DNA from: Candidatus Bathyarchaeota archaeon
GTDB taxonomy: Archaea > Thermoproteota > Bathyarchaeia > TCS64
Assembly: GCA_018396865.1 (NCBI GenBank)
Contig: JAGTRB010000003.1
Span: 8,575 to 72,574 of the forward strand
Length of the DNA stretch: 64,000 nt
Direction of reading: 5' to 3'
Positions 59,558-64,000 of the stretch are shown here, one piece after another. A program made the position numbers and the translations under genes. The first letter of the stretch is position 1. Every line of letters begins with the position of its first letter. Below the pieces are notes generated by a model that was not told the origin of the DNA, did no database searches, and was given only the letters and a program-made list of their open reading frames with translations.

Positions 59558-60382
59558 TCAGCAGTGGATCCTTGCGTCCACCCTAATCTTCCAAATCCTT
59601 GGACTATACTGGGAGACTCTAACCTCCTCAAGGAATTCGGCCCTCCTCCCAAACCTCTCAGAGGCGTTGGAGAGGAGCTCCTCAGCCTGGGAGAAGAGAT
59701 CCGGTTCTCTCGCCCAATGGTAGAAGTGGATTGTCCCCCCGCAGTTTAGGAGGGGTATCGCGAGATCTAGGAATTGGTGGGCCCCCTTAGGTAGTGGCAT
59801 CACTATCCTGTCGAAGGTGGTTCCGAGCTTTGGACAGATATCCCTAACGTCACCAAGTAGGGCTATGACCTTGTCCTGTACTCTGTTTAGATATATGTTC
59901 TCGAGGCAATATTTATGGGCATCTGGGTTTGACTCTATGGCTATGACCTTTACCTTCTCGTGGCGCTTTGCTATTACAATGGGGTAGGGGCCTACCCCGC
60001 TGAACATCACGAGGATCTCCTCACCATCCCGAACCTTCTCGGCCACCCTCCCTCTCTCCGTCCCCTCTCGAGGGGAGAAATAGACCTTCTGGGGGTCGAG
60101 TTTGAAGAGGCATCCAGCCTCCCTATGGATGACCTCCGTATTCTGGTCACCAGCTAGCACCCTGTACCTCCGAATCCTAGATTCTCCAAGCCTCTCAGAC
60201 TCCTTAACAAGGACGCTTTTAACATTCTTATGCCTCTCCATGATCCTCTTGGCCACCTCACCCTCAAAGTCTCTGAGGGCCCTGGGGATCTCGACAATCG
60301 CAACGGCTTTCTCCCTAGAGCCTATTATGTCGAAGGAGCGGGGTATGGGCCTCATCATTTCCAATGGGAGGATGCCCCTCAA
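59558..60382 (-). CDS. Trm5/Taw2 (Met-10+) family SAM-dependent tRNA transferase
   Basis: SFDIIG, KVYFSPR, MFSGVGP, E.NP.A, RIVMPLP. Confidence 0.88.
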   Translation of the reverse strand: MRGILPLEMMRPIPRSFDIIGSREKAVAIVEIPRALRDFEGEVAKRIMERHKNVKSVLVKESERLGESRIRRYRVLAGDQNTEVIHREAGCLFKLDPQKVYFSPREGTERGRVAEKVRDGEEILVMFSGVGPYPIVIAKRHEKVKVIAIESNPDAHKYCLENIYLNRVQDKVIALLGDVRDICPKLGTTFDRIVMPLPKGAHQFLDLAIPLLNCGGTIHFYHWAREPDLFSQAEELLSNASERFGRRAEFLEEVRVSQYSPRIWKIRVDARIHC

Positions 60383-60435
60383 CCAACTTCCTGTAAAGGT
60401 GTTAAAAAAATTATATTGTGGTAAAAATCTAGTCT

Positions 60436-60726
60436 CTAGAATATCGTCTTTTCACCAATTTTTCTAGTTATTTTTCCTCTCACTCTTATCTCCTCGACTA
60501 TAAACTCCTCAGGCTCCACATCTTCTCTGGTCTTCCTTTTAACAGTCAGCCCACATATTCCGTTATCCAAAAGTCTTCTCTTATAGCAGACCGCATAATT
60601 ACAGCTCTTAATGTCACAAGGCTCGTTGGTCCAGTCGCACCAGGCCTGACCCTGTCTATACCTTAGGGCATTTTTAACACATTTAAAATCTCTACATCGA
60701 GGAGAACACATCTTCGTATCAGACAA
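60436..60726 (-). CDS. Cys-rich small protein (probable metal binding)
   Basis: Eight Cys in a spaced pattern including CxxxCxxFxC and CxW...C...CxYAxC. Confidence 0.7.
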   Translation of the reverse strand: MSDTKMCSPRCRDFKCVKNALRYRQGQAWCDWTNEPCDIKSCNYAVCYKRRLLDNGICGLTVKRKTREDVEPEEFIVEEIRVRGKITRKIGEKTIF

Positions 60727-61051
60727 TGTGTAAACCCCTTGGCTCCTAACCGAATAACTTTCAATATTTCCCCAACAAGGATAAATTTAAATCTTTATCG
60801 AGGTGTGGGCCATGGCATTATATGGGTGCACAATTGAAACCAACGGCTTGAGGAACATCCGGTCAACCCCGAGTAGGGTTTTTATAGTTTAATGAAAGGC
60901 CACTAGTTGAAATCTCAGGGTTTTATGAGAACAAGTTTCATATAATTAGCTCAATACTGGAAGATCCCTATTTTAGCTATTTATTTTGAGGGGCTAATAC
61001 ACCGATTTGATGCTATTTCCATTAGAGTTCCGGTTTAGTTTAAAGGGAGTG

Positions 61052-61807
61052 TTAAATATCGAATATCGCCTCAATTAGGTCGCTGTTCAGTTTCTCATAT
61101 TTCTCCGTGGAGCCTACATCGTACCAGAAGTCCTCCGTGACGTAAGCCTCCACCCTCCTTCCCTTTTTGATGAGGTGGGGTATGAGGTCGCCCATAATAT
61201 CCAGTTCATCTCTACCGGCGGCTAGCTCCCTAAGGTCTCCAATTACATGGGTGTTTAAGGCTACTATGCCTATCCCTGCGTATATGTCCAGTCTAGGCTT
61301 CTCCACCCACCTCTTTATGCTCCTCCCCTCCAGCTCTGCCACCCCAACTGGCACCTCGAACCCCCTTGCAAGGGCCAAGGTGGATGAGGAGCGGGATTCA
61401 AGGTGTTGGCGGAGCATCCTCGAGAGGTCTATGTTGGATAGGATGTCCCCGTAATATACCAGCAAGGTCTCAGCCCCATCGAAGGCCCCCTTCTCAGCGG
61501 CTTTTAGGAGGGCTCCTCCAGAGCCTCTCAGTGAGGGGTCATCCAGAAAATAACCTACTCTCATTCCAAATCTGCTGCCGTCATCGAAGTAGTTCTTGAT
61601 CTGCTCATGTTTATAGCCTACCAGGAGCCTAATATCGGTTATGCCATGGCGTTTAAGGTGATGGAGAATATACTCTAATAGGGGCTTCTGTCGGGTCCCT
61701 ATAGGTATCATGCACTTCTGGAAGTAGTAGGTGAGGGGGCGGAGCCTCTTTCCCTCCCCTCCAGCGAGGACTACACCTATGATCTCTTTGAATCCCCCAC
61801 AGGCCAT
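61052..61807 (-). CDS. NDP-sugar nucleotidyltransferase family protein
   Basis: LAGGEGKRLRPLT, GSGGAL, YGDIL, WYDVG. Confidence 0.9.
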   Translation of the reverse strand: MACGGFKEIIGVVLAGGEGKRLRPLTYYFQKCMIPIGTRQKPLLEYILHHLKRHGITDIRLLVGYKHEQIKNYFDDGSRFGMRVGYFLDDPSLRGSGGALLKAAEKGAFDGAETLLVYYGDILSNIDLSRMLRQHLESRSSSTLALARGFEVPVGVAELEGRSIKRWVEKPRLDIYAGIGIVALNTHVIGDLRELAAGRDELDIMGDLIPHLIKKGRRVEAYVTEDFWYDVGSTEKYEKLNSDLIEAIFDI

Positions 61808-61916
61808 CTATTGTTTCTAATGATCTGCTCCCCGTTTTGAATATTTCCCTACCTAGAGGATCCATAACCATCCATGATACTATTTAAAATTGGGGAGTAA
61901 TCTCATTTGATCTGAG

Positions 61917-62363
61917 ATGAGGGTCTCTGAGGTCATGATCAGGAATCCCATCACGGTAGGTCCAATGACCCCCGTGGTGGAGGTGGCAAGATTGATGAGG
62001 GATAGGAAGATCTCCTCGGTCATCCTAACTAAGAATGAGAGGCCTGTCGGGATCATAACCGAGAGGGACTTGGTCTGGCGGGTCCTCGCGTCGGGGAGGG
62101 ATCCCGGCTCACTGACTGCCTTCGATGTCAGCAGCAGGCCTGTAATAGCAGTCCCAGAGCTGGCGGATGTAGAGGATGCCTTGGAGCTGATGAGGAGGCA
62201 CGAGATAAGGAGGGTTGTGGTTGTCGACAATCAGGATAGGGTTGTGGGGATTCTCACAACGGACGATCTTGGATACAACCTCAAGAGGATGTCGGAGGAG
62301 CTTGCTATCAAATATATAATCACGATGAGAAGATCTAAAGATGAAAAAGAGTCGAAAAGATAA
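61917..62363 (+). CDS. CBS-pair protein
   Basis: VGIITERD and VGILTTDD tandem CBS motifs. Confidence 0.9.
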   Translation: MRVSEVMIRNPITVGPMTPVVEVARLMRDRKISSVILTKNERPVGIITERDLVWRVLASGRDPGSLTAFDVSSRPVIAVPELADVEDALELMRRHEIRRVVVVDNQDRVVGILTTDDLGYNLKRMSEELAIKYIITMRRSKDEKESKR

Positions 62364-62392
62364 AAAGAAAATAAAATGTGCGATGGAGCTGT

Positions 62393-62584
62393 TCATCTAT
62401 ATCTCCGGCGCAGGGCTGGGGTTCTGGACCATCTCCTCCTTTCGAGATCCATCCTGCTTGATCTTCCACCCCCTCCTCCGATGATGTAGAGGAGGAAAAG
62501 GACGAAGAGGAGTATTAGAGGTAGGAGAGCCACCAGGGAGAAGGGATTGAAGATGGAGAGGCTGAAGATGGATTCTAGGTTCAT
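62393..62584 (-). CDS. Small membrane protein (63 aa) with Arg-rich tail
   Basis: ATG 62584 preceded by AGGAG shortly after the GT2 stop; one long TM. Confidence 0.55.
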   Translation of the reverse strand: MNLESIFSLSIFNPFSLVALLPLILLFVLFLLYIIGGGGGRSSRMDLERRRWSRTPALRRRYR

Positions 62585-62597
62585 CTCATTTCTCCTC

Positions 62598-63671
62598 CTA
62601 CCAACCATTTCTCTTAGGAGAAAAGAATGATTTCCAGAAAATAATGGCTGTAGGCATTCTGAAGGCATAATAATATGGTAAAGATGAAATTATTTTTCTT
62701 ATTGGTATATTAATCTTTGAACCTTGATATATACAAACAAATGTTATAATTGAAAGATCAATAAATAAGAGGATCAATGATGAGATGATCATTCCTGAAA
62801 GTAGGAAGTATAATAAAAGACCCATCCATATAACATAGCCTACGCTCTCAGCTAACATCCAGGATATCATAATCTTCAGGCCGTTGGTCATCCTTTTTGA
62901 GTGCTTCTCCAGGACTGGTCTCCAAGATAACCATCGGCTTATCTGTCTGATATACCTCCTGAAGTTCTCGGGCTCTTCTGTGTACGCCAATGCCTCTGGG
63001 ACATAGGCGATCTTCCCTCCATCTATCTGGGCCTCCCATGTGAGGTCCATGTCCTCCACAACAGTCTCCTTTGGGATCCCGTTTTTCTTGATCCACTCTG
63101 TTCTCCACACGCTACAACATCCGGGACATACAAAGACTGCTCCCATATGTGTCTGAATCTTTTTATAGGTTGATTGGCTTTGAAGATATTCTATCAACCT
63201 AGACTTAGATATTTCTCCCCTGTCCTCTGCTGGGAGTACGGTTCCGGAGGCGCCTACAACTCCCTTAATGAAGGAACCAAGTATATTCTTAAAGTAATCT
63301 CTATCTAGATATGTATCTGAGTCCACTATGGCTACATATGGGGAATGTACATGTTCTAAGCCTCTCTCCACTGAGGCGGCCTTACCGAGATTCTTCTCAT
63401 TTCTTATGACCTTTAGATTAGATATCCTTTCTGAGAGCCTCCCAAGTATGAAGGATGTTTTATCCGTGCTGTAGTCGTCCACAACTATAATCTCGAAGGG
63501 CCTTAGGCTCTGGCTCTTAACAGACTTTATGCACTTTTCTATGGTTCTCTCCCCATTGTGTACCGGAATTATCACAGAGACCATCGTACCTGGGACTGTA
63601 GTGGTGACGGTGCTCCCCCTCAAGAGGAGACCCACAAGGGATAGGGGAGGAAAGAGAGGCCCCAGGTACAT
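62598..63671 (-). CDS. Processive-type family 2 glycosyltransferase
   Basis: DDYSTD, GKA, DSD, ED, QISRW; C-terminal TMs. Confidence 0.88.
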   Translation of the reverse strand: MYLGPLFPPLSLVGLLLRGSTVTTTVPGTMVSVIIPVHNGERTIEKCIKSVKSQSLRPFEIIVVDDYSTDKTSFILGRLSERISNLKVIRNEKNLGKAASVERGLEHVHSPYVAIVDSDTYLDRDYFKNILGSFIKGVVGASGTVLPAEDRGEISKSRLIEYLQSQSTYKKIQTHMGAVFVCPGCCSVWRTEWIKKNGIPKETVVEDMDLTWEAQIDGGKIAYVPEALAYTEEPENFRRYIRQISRWLSWRPVLEKHSKRMTNGLKIMISWMLAESVGYVIWMGLLLYFLLSGMIISSLILLFIDLSIITFVCIYQGSKINIPIRKIISSLPYYYAFRMPTAIIFWKSFFSPKRNGW

Positions 63672-63686
63672 GTTTCCCCCTCTATG

Positions 63687-63998
63687 TCAATATCTGAATC
63701 GACGGTTGGACTGAGGATATGGATAGACCGCTATCTCATCTGGGAGTTCAGCTGGCTTTGGAGCCTCCATCGAGGAGACGAGCTCCTCATATTGTTGTAG
63801 GAAGAGAAGCCCCCTTTGGGATGTGACATATGTTCCATCCTCCAGTGCCTCTAGAAATCCGCGAAGCACAAGGCTTCTGATATATCCCTCAACTATCTTG
63901 AAGTTGAGGTTCGCCTGGTAGACAATCCTGGTCTTCCTAGCTCCCTGCCTCGCGGCCCTGAGTATATCGGCGAATATATCGAGGTTGTTTCTCCTCAC
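63687..63998 (-). CDS. Archaeal winged-HTH transcription regulator
   Basis: RR..LDI.ADIL, KTRIVYQANLN, Y.T...G..FL; start at window edge. Confidence 0.85.
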   Translation of the reverse strand: MRRNNLDIFADILRAARQGARKTRIVYQANLNFKIVEGYIRSLVLRGFLEALEDGTYVTSQRGLLFLQQYEELVSSMEAPKPAELPDEIAVYPYPQSNRRFRY

Positions 63999-64000
63999 AG

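Noticed and set aside
60830..60842. ATTGAAAC resembling a CRISPR repeat end
   Set aside because: Single occurrence, no repeat-spacer periodicity, no cas genes

Overview
Archaeal chromosomal segment of moderate GC. TACK affiliation, most likely Bathyarchaeia, is inferred from rps26e, gins23-mcm, a Sulfolobus-type Zn-ferredoxin, fae-hps, a RACo-type corrinoid activator and archaeal-type MAT. Most of the window is housekeeping and metabolic genes (lig, fusA, purF/purC/purN, mcm, hel308, mat, mtnA, ggt), plus tRNA-Ala(GGC) and an intron-containing tRNA-Tyr(GTA). The standout is a strongly AT-rich ~8 kb five-gene block (about 21.8-29.9 kb). It encodes (i) a single-pass membrane protein, (ii) an ~885-aa FtsZ/tubulin-superfamily GTPase with intact motifs and a ~450-aa helical/coiled-coil insertion, (iii) a second, motif-degenerate FtsZ/tubulin-like protein, (iv) a polytopic membrane protein with a long helical tail, and (v) a protein with a PH-like N-terminus. 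Together these are a candidate uncharacterised cytoskeletal/membrane-remodelling system. Other notable items are an RHH-Fae-Hps fusion with upstream repeats, a kinase/nucleoside-deoxyribosyltransferase-like fusion, a probable cobalamin uptake pair, a processive GT2 cassette, several non-coding palindromes and a pseudogene. No CRISPR array, rRNA, transposase or integrase was seen. All assignments are from motif reading by eye; no searches were run.
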